DNA from: Camelus ferus
Taxonomy: Eukaryota
Assembly: GCF_009834535.1 (NCBI RefSeq)
Contig: NC_045697.1
Coordinates: 3,286,001-3,350,000 of the forward strand
Direction of reading: 5' to 3'
DNA: 64,000 bases
This document shows, piece after piece, positions 35,724 to 47,455 of the stretch. The position numbers and the translations under genes are program-made. The first letter of the stretch is position 1. Each line of letters begins with the position of its first letter. Under the pieces are notes generated by a model. That model was not told the origin of the DNA and did no database searches. It saw only the letters and a list, made by a program, of their open reading frames with translations.

Positions 35724-36409
35724 CTAATGGGAGGGGAGAACACATTTTTAAGGGACTAGGCTTCCTGTCAAGTTGCATCCTCATGAATGAAAAACAACAC
35801 ATGCATTTCAGTTGCTGAGAATGCCCTTGTACTTTGCTTGTAATTGCTTTGCCTGAAATGGACAGACTTCTATTCACCCTTCAGAGCCCCATACCAAATG
35901 CCCCTCTCTGGGAGGACTTCTTCCACCTCCCTTAGTTAGAACTCACCTCCTTCTCCATGCCCTCAGCACTTGTTTCCCTATATCCGAGTTATAGAACAAA
36001 TTGAAGAAAATTCTGTTCCTCAGAACTTCTCTGAGGAGGAATATTTGGTGAGCCTCTGTGTGGAAGAAGAGATGGGCCAAATGTAAGCCCAAGCCACAAA
36101 AGATGACCACCAAACCATGAGGCATGAGAAACAAAATGAGAAGCAACACTCCTGAGACTGTCACGTGGCCAGGCCTGTCCTGAAAAGCCCATCAGCCTCA
36201 AAACCAGCAACTACACAAACCGTGATCATTTCTATTTTAAAGATGAGAAAACTGAGGCACAGAGATGGAGTCACTTGTCTCCCACAGGAGGTAGTAGAAG
36301 AGACAGGAAAAGAGGGGCGGGGAGAGGAGGAAGAGGGGAAAGGGGGCAAACGGGCGACGGGAGAGGGAGTGGTCCGGGGAGGCGATCCTCTGTCTCCGCT
36401 GAGTCTCAC

Positions 36410-36700
36410 GCTGTGGGTGTGTGACTGTGTGCATCTCACGTGTGTGTGCACAATTGTGAACGTGGTTCCCATGTGTGCGTGCGAGCACAGGTGCATCTCT
36501 GCTCATGTGTGCAAGTCTTGTTTACGTGTGTGTGTGTGTGTGTGTGTGTGGGTACGCATCCCGTGTGTGTGTGAGAGCATGAACATGTATCCCCCACACA
36601 CTGTGTGGACTGTGTGCGCATGCGTGTGGGTGTGCCTTCCCTGCATGAGTGAACGGGCAAGCACGAGTCGTGTGTGTGTGTGTGTGTGTCCATCTGTGGC
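36410..36700. repeat. Degenerate (TG)n-rich tract with pure runs near 36526-36550 and 36670-36689
   Basis: Directly visible. Confidence 0.85.
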
Positions 36701-38490
36701 AACACAGTGCAGCACTCTAGAGCACAGCCCCCTGCATCCCTGCCTGGGGTCAAGTTCCAGCCGCACCATCTATAAGCCACGTGGCCCTGGGAGAGTGTGA
36801 GCCTCAGTCTCCCCCCGTAAGATGGAGACGGCAGGGTCAGAGGCCCCCTGGTGGGCGGTTGTGGGGTTAGCAGCTGTGAAGCGCTGGGCAGCGCATGGCC
36901 CCAGCGGGAATCATATAGGCACGGGGCGTGGTTACAATTATAAATCGACAAATACACAGCCACCCACACGACAGGCCCATAACGTGTGAAGCATCGTGGC
37001 TACAACGATGAGAGACTTCTGTAGCCCACTCGGTCCCCGAGGGCAGGGACTGTGTAGGTCTGCAGTGGTCTGGCCCTCAGCGCCCCGAGTGGGCTGTGTT
37101 GTGTGGGGGAAGTACAGGGGTCGTGGGAGCTCAAAGAAAGGAACCTGGGCTGGGAGAGGCCAGGCAGACTTCCTGGAGGAGGTAGCACCCTGCTTCCTCA
37201 GAAGGAAGAGCCATGCAGTCCGGAGACAGACCAGCTGCTTAGCAGCAGGGGAGGACGCCACAGAGAGAGGCCAAGAGAAGTCGCTGCCCCTTCTGAGAAC
37301 CCCGTGCGCCATCAGCTGAGCTCCAGGGAAGGGCAGAGGCAGGGCCAGGCCCCAGCAGGCTTCAGGCACTTAAGAAGTTCCCGGTCCCTGGGAGTCACGG
37401 GTGGAGGCCCAGCCAGCCAGAGCCTGGCCAGTCCCACTCCTGCCAGGAGCTGGCGGCCAAAACCACTGGGTCTTCCGGGGGGCTTGTGGAGAATGAATGC
37501 GCCCCCTCCCCACCCCAGGCCGCCGGGAGGAGGGGCTTGTGCTCCAGGCCCAAGGCCGCTGGCCTAGGGGAACCAGAGCCGCTGTCTCTGAGATGCAAAC
37601 ATGCCTTCAGCCTGGTGCGGGCAGCCAGGTGGGCCGGGCTTCGACCTGTCAGGATGCTCTAAACACAGAAACTTCCTCACATGTGAATCTGCCCACGTGG
37701 CTGTCACTGTCTCACAGTGGCCATCCCGAAGCCTCGCTGTTGGGTCCGAGCGAGCCAAGGTTCTTTAACCCAGCTTTTCTCCCCTAAAGGGCAGCTTTAA
37801 CCCATGATCCAGCAGGACCGTGGCCCAGCCGTGAAGACAGCTGGAGTCTGTCCTGGGCCTCCTGGGTGGGCAGGGATTGCTGCCCCCATTTTACAGATTT
37901 GCAAACAGAGGCTAGAGGTGGGAGAATGGCCCAACGCCAGTCCATGGCACACTGTGTCTGATGAACTGGCCCCTGAGGCCCAGATCCTCCCCTCCAAAGG
38001 GTGAGCCCTGGTCCCTGCCCCACAGCACGGCTTCCGCTAAGGAACCCGCACCAAGAGCTTCTGGGCACCTCGACTCTGGACGCTCCGTGTCTAACCCCAC
38101 GACTTCCCAGGTGCTCAGCAGCCTCGGCGGGCCCAGCCTTCCTCCTGAGCCTCCTTCAGGCCTCCCGCCAGGGGCCTTCCATGGTGACCCCTGCACCCCA
38201 CGCCAGGCCTGTGGCTCCCCCAGGGTCCCAGGTCTGTCCAGGGTCACCTGCCCTTAGGTGGAGGGTCTGGATTCTTCCACCAGAGTGTACTGAAGGCCAG
38301 GCCGTGGGTGAAGGGCAGGCCAGACACCCGATGGTCCATCAGGAGGTGTGACGGATGCTCCCTACCTGCCCAGGTGAGAGGACACACGGAGGGAGGGGTT
38401 GGGCGCCATCGTACACCTCCCGCTGCCCCTGCCTGCTGGCCCAGTGAGGTGGCACTCGACCAGTGAGGAGGGAGCCAAGGAGGGGAGCGT

Positions 38491-39251
38491 CCCCACCCGG
38501 GGTTCCGTCCTGGCTGGCAGTGTCCCCTCCCCCCACCCCAGGTTCCGTCCTGGCTGGCAGTGTCCCCTCCCCCCACCCAGGGTTCCGTCCCTGGCTGGCA
38601 GTGTCCCCTCCCCCCACCCAGGGGTTCCGTCCTGGCTGGCAGTGTCCCCTCCCCCCACCCGGGGTTCCGTCCTGGCTGGCAGTGTCCCCTCCCCCCACCC
38701 GGGGTTCCGTCCTGGCTGGCAGTGTCCCCTCCCCCCACCCCAGGTTCCGTCCCGGCTGGCAGTGTCCCCTCCCCCCACCCGGGGTTCCGTCCTGGCTGGC
38801 AGTGTCCCCTCCCCCCACCCGGGGTTCCGTCCTGGCTGGCAGTGTCCCCTCCCCCCACCCAGGGTTCCGTCCTGGCTGGCAGTGTCCCCTCCCCCCACCC
38901 CAGGTTCCGTCCCGGCTGGCAGAGTCCCCTCCCCCCACCCCAGGTTCCGTCCCGGCTGGCAGAGTCCCCTCCCCCCACCCCGGGGTTCCGTCCTGGCTGG
39001 CAGTGTCCCCTCCCCCCACCCCAGGGTTCCGTCCTGGCTGGCAGTGTCCCCTCCCCCCACCCAGGTTCCGTCCTGGCTGGCAGTGTCCCCTCCCCCCACC
39101 CAGGGTTCCGTCCTGGCTGGCAGTGTCCCCTCCCCCCACCCAGGGTTCCGTCCTGGCTGGCAGTGTCCCCTCCCCCCACCCCGGGTTCCGTCCTGGCTGG
39201 CAGAGTCCCCTCCCCCCACCCCAGGTTCTGTCCCGGCTGGCAGTGTCCCCT
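38491..39251. repeat. GC-rich minisatellite (VNTR): 19 copies of a ~40-bp unit ccccccacccggggttccgtcctggctggcagtgtcccct
   Basis: Counted 19 ggttc(c/t)gtcc cores; units 39-41 bp with a few variant positions; located in intron 7. Confidence 0.97.
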
Positions 39252-41688
39252 GACAGGGCATTGAGTTTTCCTGAGCCTCAACTTTCTCTCCAATAAAATG
39301 GGGCATTGGAAAGATGTGAAATACGATGAGTGAAGCTGTTCGTGGGCGTCTGTCGCACAGGAGTTGCTCAGGAGAGAGCAGCCATGTCACCAGGGGGCTG
39401 CTGGGAGGGTGACAGGAGAGGAGACCACAGGGCATCCACCCCTCCAGGCTGGACACTGTAGCAGCCGCCCCCAGAGCCGGGCACCCGTCCTGAGAGACGG
39501 GAATGCCCCCAGCACAGCCCGCAGTAGGTGTGGGAAACACACAATCCTGCTCCTCGAGGCCATGGTCACACCCCTGGGTGACAGGAGGACCAGCCCAGGC
39601 CGGGAACAGAGGGTTTGCGTCCCACAGGCACCTCCTGCCCCACCTCCACTGCCGGGTTCCCCCAGGAAATGGACTATCGGGTTCATCTCACACTTAGTTG
39701 AAGGAGAGGAGGGGTGGCAATGGCCACACAGCACAGAGCCTGGATCCTCTGAGGACCAGGAAGGAGGGGAAGGAAGGAGGGTGGTCACTGGGGGCTCCCT
39801 GCAAGGAGCGGGCTAAAGAGGAGGGAACGCAGAGACCACCCTCTAGGTGACATCCAGCTGGGGGTTGGGGACAGCTTTTCTGGGCAGTGGTTCAGAAGCA
39901 TGGGGGCCAGAGGGACTCAGGTCAGGAGCTAGACAGAGCACAGTGGCCCCGACATGAGACCGCAGCCAGGTGCGCGCTGCAGGGCCGGGCATTCTGTCTG
40001 CACATACGTCACCAGCGGCAGACCAGGCCTCTGTGGCCACAAGGAACGAGCCGGAGCCAGAGCCATCACACCTGAGCACAGACTGGCCAGAGGTGACCCC
40101 AGGCCTCCCTGGCTGAGCGAGTAGGGGCTGCGCCTTCACCTGTCACGGCTCAGCCTCCTGAGCCCCCTCCTTCCAGCCCGAAGCATCGAGCTGCCGCATC
40201 ACAGCGTGGCCCCGCTTCCAGACAGCACCTGAGTCCTCCCGAGCCCCCTCCCGCAGCCCACCCTCTGGCCAGGCCTTCCCAGCCCCTCTGACTGAGCCGC
40301 CCCCTGGAGAGCACACTCTCCCTCACTGCACTGAGGACCAGCCAGCCTGTACAGGCACAGGTGTGTCCTTGGGGTCTCAGGCTGGCGCGCTGGCAGACCA
40401 GACAGTCAGGATGTTTAGAAAACACTCAACATGGGAAATGGTTGTCGGAGACGCTGACGCTGCCATTGCTCCAACGCTCGGCAGATATCTGCAGAAACAC
40501 AGTGACACTTACTGGAGGATGGGGTGCTGAGAACAGCCCTGGAGCCCACCTTTGGACTGCAGGTTCCACAGTAACCAGCAAAGGGTGGAAGTGTGGTCTG
40601 AGCAGTGATGGAAGAAGGCACAGGGCTAGGGCACTCTGAAGAGGCAACCAGCAGGCCTGAAGTAGACTGCAAGTCAGGGAAGGCTTCCTGGAGGAGGTGG
40701 TGCATGAATGTTGGAGGAGGAGGTGGGGGAGGGAGCACAGGCATTCCAGGCTCAGGGAACAGCATGTGCAAACGCAGCAAGGGAATCAGAAGCTGTGAGG
40801 CTGAGAATCAGCAGAGGGCAAAGGAGAACGGGGCAGGGCTGGAAGTCTGGGCCGGTGGCAGCAGGAGCTCTAACAGGCCATGATGCACTCAGTTCCAGCT
40901 CCCAACTCTGCAGGAGGCCCTGGTACATTCTGCGCATGGAGAAGGGCAGCTGGGATGATGAAATGTCCCTGAGAGAGGGCAAAGAGGAGGTCGGGGAGCA
41001 GGGAGGGGCCTTCGGGGGTGGGTCTTAAGGGGCCATCTCCACAGCAGCCTTTGGATTTGTTTCATGGGGTCCTAGAGGGCAGAACAGTGGTCACTGGATG
41101 AGAGGAGACAATTGTCTCAGTGTTGGAATGAAATTTCCAAAGATTTGAGCTACCCAGGAGAAGGGTAGGCTGTTTTAGAAGGATTGAGTTCCTCGTCAGT
41201 GGCAGTAATCAAGAAGTCGGATGACCAGTTGTTCCCAGGAGTTTCTGAAAGGTCAGACCACCAGGTGGTCCCAGCTGTGACCTGCATACCTGTGTGTATA
41301 GGCAGCAGGTCCTGGTTCCCAGGCTGTGGTCAGCTGAGACCTGGTGGCTGAAGGCAATGACCAGAGACAGCCTCCATCAATTCAAAGCCACCCACCGCAA
41401 CCAGATGGAGTAAGGGGTTGGGGTGGGGGCCCCAGGCTGTGGAGGCTCCTTGTGGGCAGAGGGAGAAGAGGCAGGCAGCAACCCTGAGCCAAGATACTGG
41501 CCTGGGGGTGGGGGTGTGAGGGGGCCTGCAGGCACCAGCACAGGGGCGGGGGAAACTGAATTAAGTAACACTTGACAGTTATATAGCCATATCATTGCTT
41601 CCTGTTTGAGTGATTTCATTTTCCCCAGAGTGGCTCAGACTCCACATCACCTACAGCCAATTTCCAAGAGCCCCTGAAGCAGCCTCAC

Positions 41689-41807
41689 CTTAAAGAAGAT
41701 GTAATCGTCCTGCACCGTCAGTGAACCGTGGTCAATGGGGCCTGCGAACGGCACCGTCAGCGTCTGATCGGAGCAACTGTGGGTCTGGCAGGTGATGTAC
41801 CGGAAAC
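41689..41807 (-). CDS. SORCS2: SORCS2 exon 7 (119 nt): (G)FRYITCQTHSCSDQTLTVPFAGPIDHGSLTVQDDYIFFK
   Basis: Acceptor cccctgcag|GT, donor AAG|gtgagg; within ORF 41647..41844. Confidence 0.95.
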
Positions 41808-44800
41808 CTGCAGGGGCGAGAGCCAGCCACTGGGCACATGACAACTCAGATATTCAGGCTCTAGCTGAAGAGGGAGCCAGACACAGCCTCGGATGGGAGT
41901 AAATGCCGAACGGTTCTCGGCTCGGTCTGTGTTCTGATCGTTCCGATACCACTGCTGATGTTCTGTTTATGGGCTGGATTTGAAAGGGCTTGCCCTGTGA
42001 TTGTGCCTGTGGCTGAGCGGCAGGCGGGCAGGAGGGGGGGTTCTCTGTACTAGGTGCTCTTTAAATCCTCAGGACCACCCTCTCAGGGTCCCATCTTCCA
42101 GAGGTGGAAACTGAGGCTGAGCAAGGTTTGGTGACTGGTCTCCTGCAGGGTCACCGGGCTGCTGCCAGCTTTTCCTAATGACAGGCTCACTGGAACACAG
42201 CTGAGCCTGCTCGTTTACACGCCGCCCACGGCTGCCTTCACACTACACCGCCAGCTGATTTGCAGAGAGACCACATGGCCAGACAAGCTGAAATGTTTAC
42301 CAGCTGGCCTTGATGGGCAGTGTTTGCCGACCTGGGTCTGAAGTTGTGCAGGGGAGCCTCAGCGTGAGTGCAGGACTTTATCCATCTTCCACCCACAGCC
42401 GTGTGCGCCCTCTGCCCCTTGCCTAGTCGCAACACCTGCACATCCGTGCGCACCGGGATCCTCTCTCTGGGAGACAGACCTCAGGCCGCCCGAGGAGATC
42501 GTGGGCAGGAGATCCCCACATATCCCCCCACCCACCAGTCTTCCCTAGGCACCCTGGGTGTGTGTGGTCACCCACAGAAGGGACAGTGCAGGGCCATGGT
42601 GGTCACCCATGGTGCCCATCATGGCTGGGGACCCCTCCCGCCCTTCTGGAGTCTCTCCTACCTAATGAGTGGGTGTGGGTGGGTCTCAGGGGTTACTTCT
42701 CCCCCTAACTTCAGGCAAACACTTTCACCCCTTTTGAAATATCTATGGTTGAGCAAACTGAAGTCCACTTTGCCAGACAGCTGCTGATCTTCCATCCAGC
42801 CCTCTGTTCCCCAGGCGGGGGGCTCCCACGGAACTGCGCAGAGGCCATGAACCTACGCCCCGGGAGAGCTCTTCTCTCCTGCTTGTGGGGCAGGAGTGGG
42901 ATTCAACCACAGGGACCCAGTGGAGCCCAGCCAGGGCGCTCGGAGATGTCAGCACCTACGGGGCATGTCCTGCCCACGAGTCTGCGTGGCCGGGCAGCAC
43001 AGAGGATGCTGAGGGCCTGGGCTGGGGGCCGGGAGGACCAGCTCTAACTCACCGGCAGGGTCCCCTCGGTCTCAGGTCCTCCACTGTGAAATGGGTATCA
43101 ATGCCCATCTCAGTGAGTGGCTGAGGGTCCAGGGAGACCATGCACACAGTAGGCACACCAGCAGCCCTGCTGTGCCTGGCCCATTCCCTCCTGAACCACA
43201 TCCATTTCCCCTCCCACTGGCCTGGTCACGCTCTGCGGTCAACACCTAGCTTCTCATGGGCTTGCCTGGCAGGACACACTGTGGGAGACGAGTCCAGGCC
43301 AGACTCAGAGTGGACAACCTGCTCACTCACTTGCTCACTCATTCCTTCACTCACTCATTTGTTCATTCATTCATTCAGTGACTTGCTCACTCATTCATTC
43401 GCCCATTCCTCTCACTATGGTCAGGCCCACCCTACTCCAGGTCTGCTGCCAACAAGACAAAGACCACCATTCACGGTGCTGATGGCTCGTGCGGTGGGAA
43501 AAGTGCTGATTTACAGCGCTTGCCAGTTTCTGTGGTGTGGGCCACCCCACTCTCAGGCTGCCAAGATGAAGTTTCTGATTACGGAGCCAAGAACAGAGGT
43601 GGGCGCTTGGCTCTCATGACCCCACAAGCTGCTGCTCTGGGGAGAGGCAGACAGGCTGACAGTGGTGACATGGTGTGATAGGGCAGTGGGCTTCCCTCTG
43701 TCCACAGCACGGACTGTGGCCACAGGGTCCTGCGGTGTGTGCAGTGGCCCAGCACCTGCCCAGGGCGACAGCACCTGGCCACGTGCTTACTCATTCAGTG
43801 GCTCCATGGGGGACCCAGAGCTGAATCACCAGGCCCCACCCTGTATCCAAGTAGCTCCAGGCTCAGGGGCATGTGCAGAGCTGTGACAGGGCAGTGGATG
43901 TAGTGGAGCCCAGAGGAGGGGGTGGGCGGGGTGGGCGGCCCAAGACAGAGGAATGAGGGCTGCGCTCCCACAGGGGTGACGACAGGTGCAAGGTGACCCT
44001 GGGGAATGGCCTGTGGTGCAGGCTGGCTGGGGGCGGGGGCGGTGTGTGATGAGTTGGGTGGGTCCTAAAGACTGGGATGCTGTGCCCCCAGGTCTGGCTG
44101 GACTGGGCTGACAGGGCTCCCAGGCTGGGGTAACTGGAGTGGGGGAGGCGGGAGGAGGCATGCGACACTTGCCCCTCCTCCTGCCGTGTTGAGCCCTGCT
44201 GGGGAGTCAGCCCCGCGTTGCTCTAAGTTGCTCTTGATTTTGTGCGTGGAGGACGGCAGGACAGGGGTGTGCACCGGCCTATGATCCTGTGACTGCGGGC
44301 AAACCCGGAGCCTCTCTGAGCTGTTCTCCTGGTCAGTGAAGCGGAAGCAGCAGTCATACTGCCGCAGGAGGGGGACCAGGGAAGAGCTAGGGGCTTGGAC
44401 AGGGACAGGGGACCTGGCAGCAGCCTCTGTTCACTGAGCGCTGGCCCATGACGTCCCCACCGAGCACCACGTGTGGGACCCATTTCACAGATGGGGAGGC
44501 CGAGGTGCAGGAAGCTGAGGTCACTTTCAGGCTCACGCCGCTGGCATGTGGAGGGCTGGGAGCTGACGCCACTGTTCCCGTCGTCAGCCAGGCCTCCGTG
44601 GCCTGGCCCGGAACCCGAGCCTGCCTTCCATGATGGTGAGGCCCACCCAGGGAGCAGCTGCTCACACGTGTTGGCTCCCATTGTTGCTTAAGTGTGGCCC
44701 TGCCCAGGTCTTCACTCCAGAGAGACCGGCAGGAGGAGGCTGGATGTGGTCAGAGTAGCACAGGCCCCCAGGTGGCGCCCCCACTGCGCTCTCCCCCGCT

Positions 44801-45395
44801 GCTGCACAAGGGTCCCGGGGCTTGTCCCTACTGTCCCCCACCAGGCAATGGCAGGGCTGGGTCCTGTCACCTCTGCATCCCCAGCAGGGTCAGCACTGGG
44901 CCTGGTCCAAAGGGGGCCCAGCCAGTGCTTGATGAAGGCACAATCTACAGGTCCTGTCAGCTCTTATGTTCTGGAACAGTCCATGGTCCTGCCACCAATG
45001 CACCTCCCTCAGGAACACAGGGGACCTTCCTCATAGCATGCGAGGCCCCTGGGCTCATCTGGCATGAAGCCCCCTCCCCATTAGAGGGGGAAGCCATCAG
45101 AGGCCTCTGGCCAGCCGCAGTGCTCAGAGAGTGCAGGGCACAGGGGCCTAGTGATCCAGAAACACTCAGTGCTCAGGGGCCAGAACAAATTGCCCCTCAA
45201 TAGACTTTTCCGCTGGAGCGGAGCTCCTTGACTTCAGTCTATCCCTGCTGGAAAACAAGCACGTTCAAAATTATGCCACATCGTAACACAGCGAGGTTGG
45301 CTATGCAGGGCCGGCCGCCAAGGACAAGGGCAGCTGAGCCCGGCCGCGGGGTGCACGCTCTCAGGGCCCCCGGCTCCCGCACCCTCCCGGCTTAC

Positions 45396-45460
45396 CTCCT
45401 CCGACGTCCTGGGCTTCCACGTGGACCAGGTCAGGGTCGGCGTCCACCCCAGACACAGCC
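45396..45460 (-). CDS. SORCS2: SORCS2 exon 6 (65 nt): (W)AVSGVDADPDLVHVEAQDVGG
   Basis: Acceptor tctgttccag|G, donor G|gtaagc; phase fits exons 5 and 7. Confidence 0.95.
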
Positions 45461-45721
45461 CTGGAACAGAATGGCTGAGGCTGGCATTGGGAACAGAGCC
45501 CCCAAGCCCTTCTCACGGGCCTGGTGTGACCCCTGAGCCCTGGGCAGCCACGTGGTGTCCTGGGTCTGAGGCCTCCCAAATCTGTGAGTCAGAAGACACA
45601 GCCGTCCCTGAGAACCCGCCTGCTCCTGGGAGGCCGACGGGGCCCCTGCCGCTGCCTTGCAGGGCGTGGGGGTGGCTGGGCATTCCTCCATTTATAGTAG
45701 CTTAGAGAAGACTTTCATGTT

Positions 45722-45891
45722 CAGTGTGTGTGTGTGTGGTGGGGTGTGTGTGTGGCGGGGGTGTGTGTGGCGGTGTGTGTGTGCATTGGGGTGTGTGTGT
45801 ATGTGGCGGGGTGTGTGTGTGTGTGGTGGGGTGTGTGTGTGTGGCGGTGTGTGTGTGGCGGGGTGTGTGTGTGTGTGGTGGGGTGTGTGTG
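45722..45891. repeat. Composite (GT)n/G-run repeat
   Basis: Repeated gtgtgtgtgtggYgggg modules about 260 bp upstream (in transcript direction) of exon 6. Confidence 0.9.
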
Positions 45892-47257
45892 TTAATGACC
45901 AAGACTATCTCAGGAGGCAAGGAAGGCCTGGGAATATCACCCTAATTTTGCAAATGAGGAAACGGAGGCTCAGAGCTACAAAACAACCCGGAGGGCACGC
46001 AGCCGAAGCAGCAGGGCCAGGCTCACACCAGGAAGGATGTGAACTCCCTCCCCCAGCTCCCGCCTCTCCCCCATCACAGCGCATCCTTGGGAAGGCGCTG
46101 CTCTCTGCCGCGGGCCGGCTCCACAGGCCACGCTGGTCACGGGGCTCAGGCAGCGCCTGGATCACAGTGGGGACTGTGGCTACTGGCGGAGCACTCAGCG
46201 AGGCAGGAAAGATGCGTTCTGGGGTAACAGCTTCCGTGGGCGGTGTCCTCCAGGGGAGGCAGGGACAGGGTCCGGCTGCTTCAGCGCTGACCCCTCAACC
46301 ACCCAGCAGAGAGCCTGGCACCTAGGAGGTGGAGTGCAGATTTTTCTACCAAAAGGAGTCTTAGGGGTGATGTGATGTGGTCCAGGGTTTCCCAGACTCT
46401 GCCAATTCCCTGTCAGCCGGACTGTCCTCTCTCCACCACTTTCTTTACATGTCAGCTCCTTTAAAACCTGCTAGGGAGCTCAGCTGTCCCTAAGCAAGAA
46501 TGCCCAGGACATCCTGGGCGTGATGAGCTGATTGTATTCCCTATAACATACAATCCAGCCAACAGCCAATATGACTATTAACGTCCATCCTCCAGGCCGA
46601 CCCTCTCGTGGACGCTGACCTGATGCAGCAGACTTACTTTGCCAAAGAGCAAACTGAGAGTCTGACATGGAGGCCACTTCCCACAGCTACTCAGTGCCCG
46701 TGACAGGGAATCCCACGGCCCCTCCAGGCCAGGGAGCGGTGGCCGGCAGAGTGCTCAGTCCCCATCACTGACAGCCCCCAGCCCGAAGCTGGCCCCTCTC
46801 AGGTCTCAGCCCACCTCCCAACGGGCCTGGCACCAGGGTCCCTGCTTTCTCCACTTCCTCCAGGGACCAGGTGGCCCCAGGTGACCCCAGGTGGCCCCCG
46901 GTGGACAGGGGAATTCCACAGTGGGTCTGAGTGCCTCGGGCCCGCAGATGTTCCGTGTGGCGAGACTGGGCTGGCAGCCCTGCAGTCCACGGTGTTTGGA
47001 ACGTGGGAGCCAGCATCAGCCACTCTGACCCCGGGTGGTCTCGGCTGCGAGGTGAAGTGTCAAAGCAGGTTTTGTGAACAGACCGTTTGTGAGACCCTTG
47101 GAAGGAGGTCTCCTGCCTGACGTTTTCCTCTTTTCTGAATAAAGACAGACACTGTTCCCTAGCCAGGGCACTGACAGGTCCCCAGCTGGGCGGGTGGAAT
47201 TTTAGGTTGACCATCCATCATCTGCACGTGGGGAGATGACACCCAGCCCGGCCCTCC

Positions 47258-47455
47258 CTCGCTCACTCACTCATTCCCTCACTCACTCGCTCACTCAATC
47301 ATTCCCTCGCTCACTCATTCCCTCGCTCACTAGCTCATTCCCTCACTCATTCACTCACTCACACACTCACTCATTCGTCCACTCATTCATTGGCCCATTT
47401 GTTCCCTCCCTCCCTCATCCACCCATTCACTCCCTCCCTCCCTTCCTCCCTCGCT
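47258..47455. repeat. (CTCA/CATT)n low-complexity repeat
   Basis: Directly visible; similar tracts at about 43320-43410 and 6225-6255. Confidence 0.85.

Noticed and set aside
38244-39540. Long ORFs (234-392 aa) on both strands with repeating GGGRGHCQPGRNPGWGEGTLPARTEP peptides
   Set aside because: They arise because the 40-bp VNTR unit has no stop codon in any frame; there is no splice, start-context or homology support.
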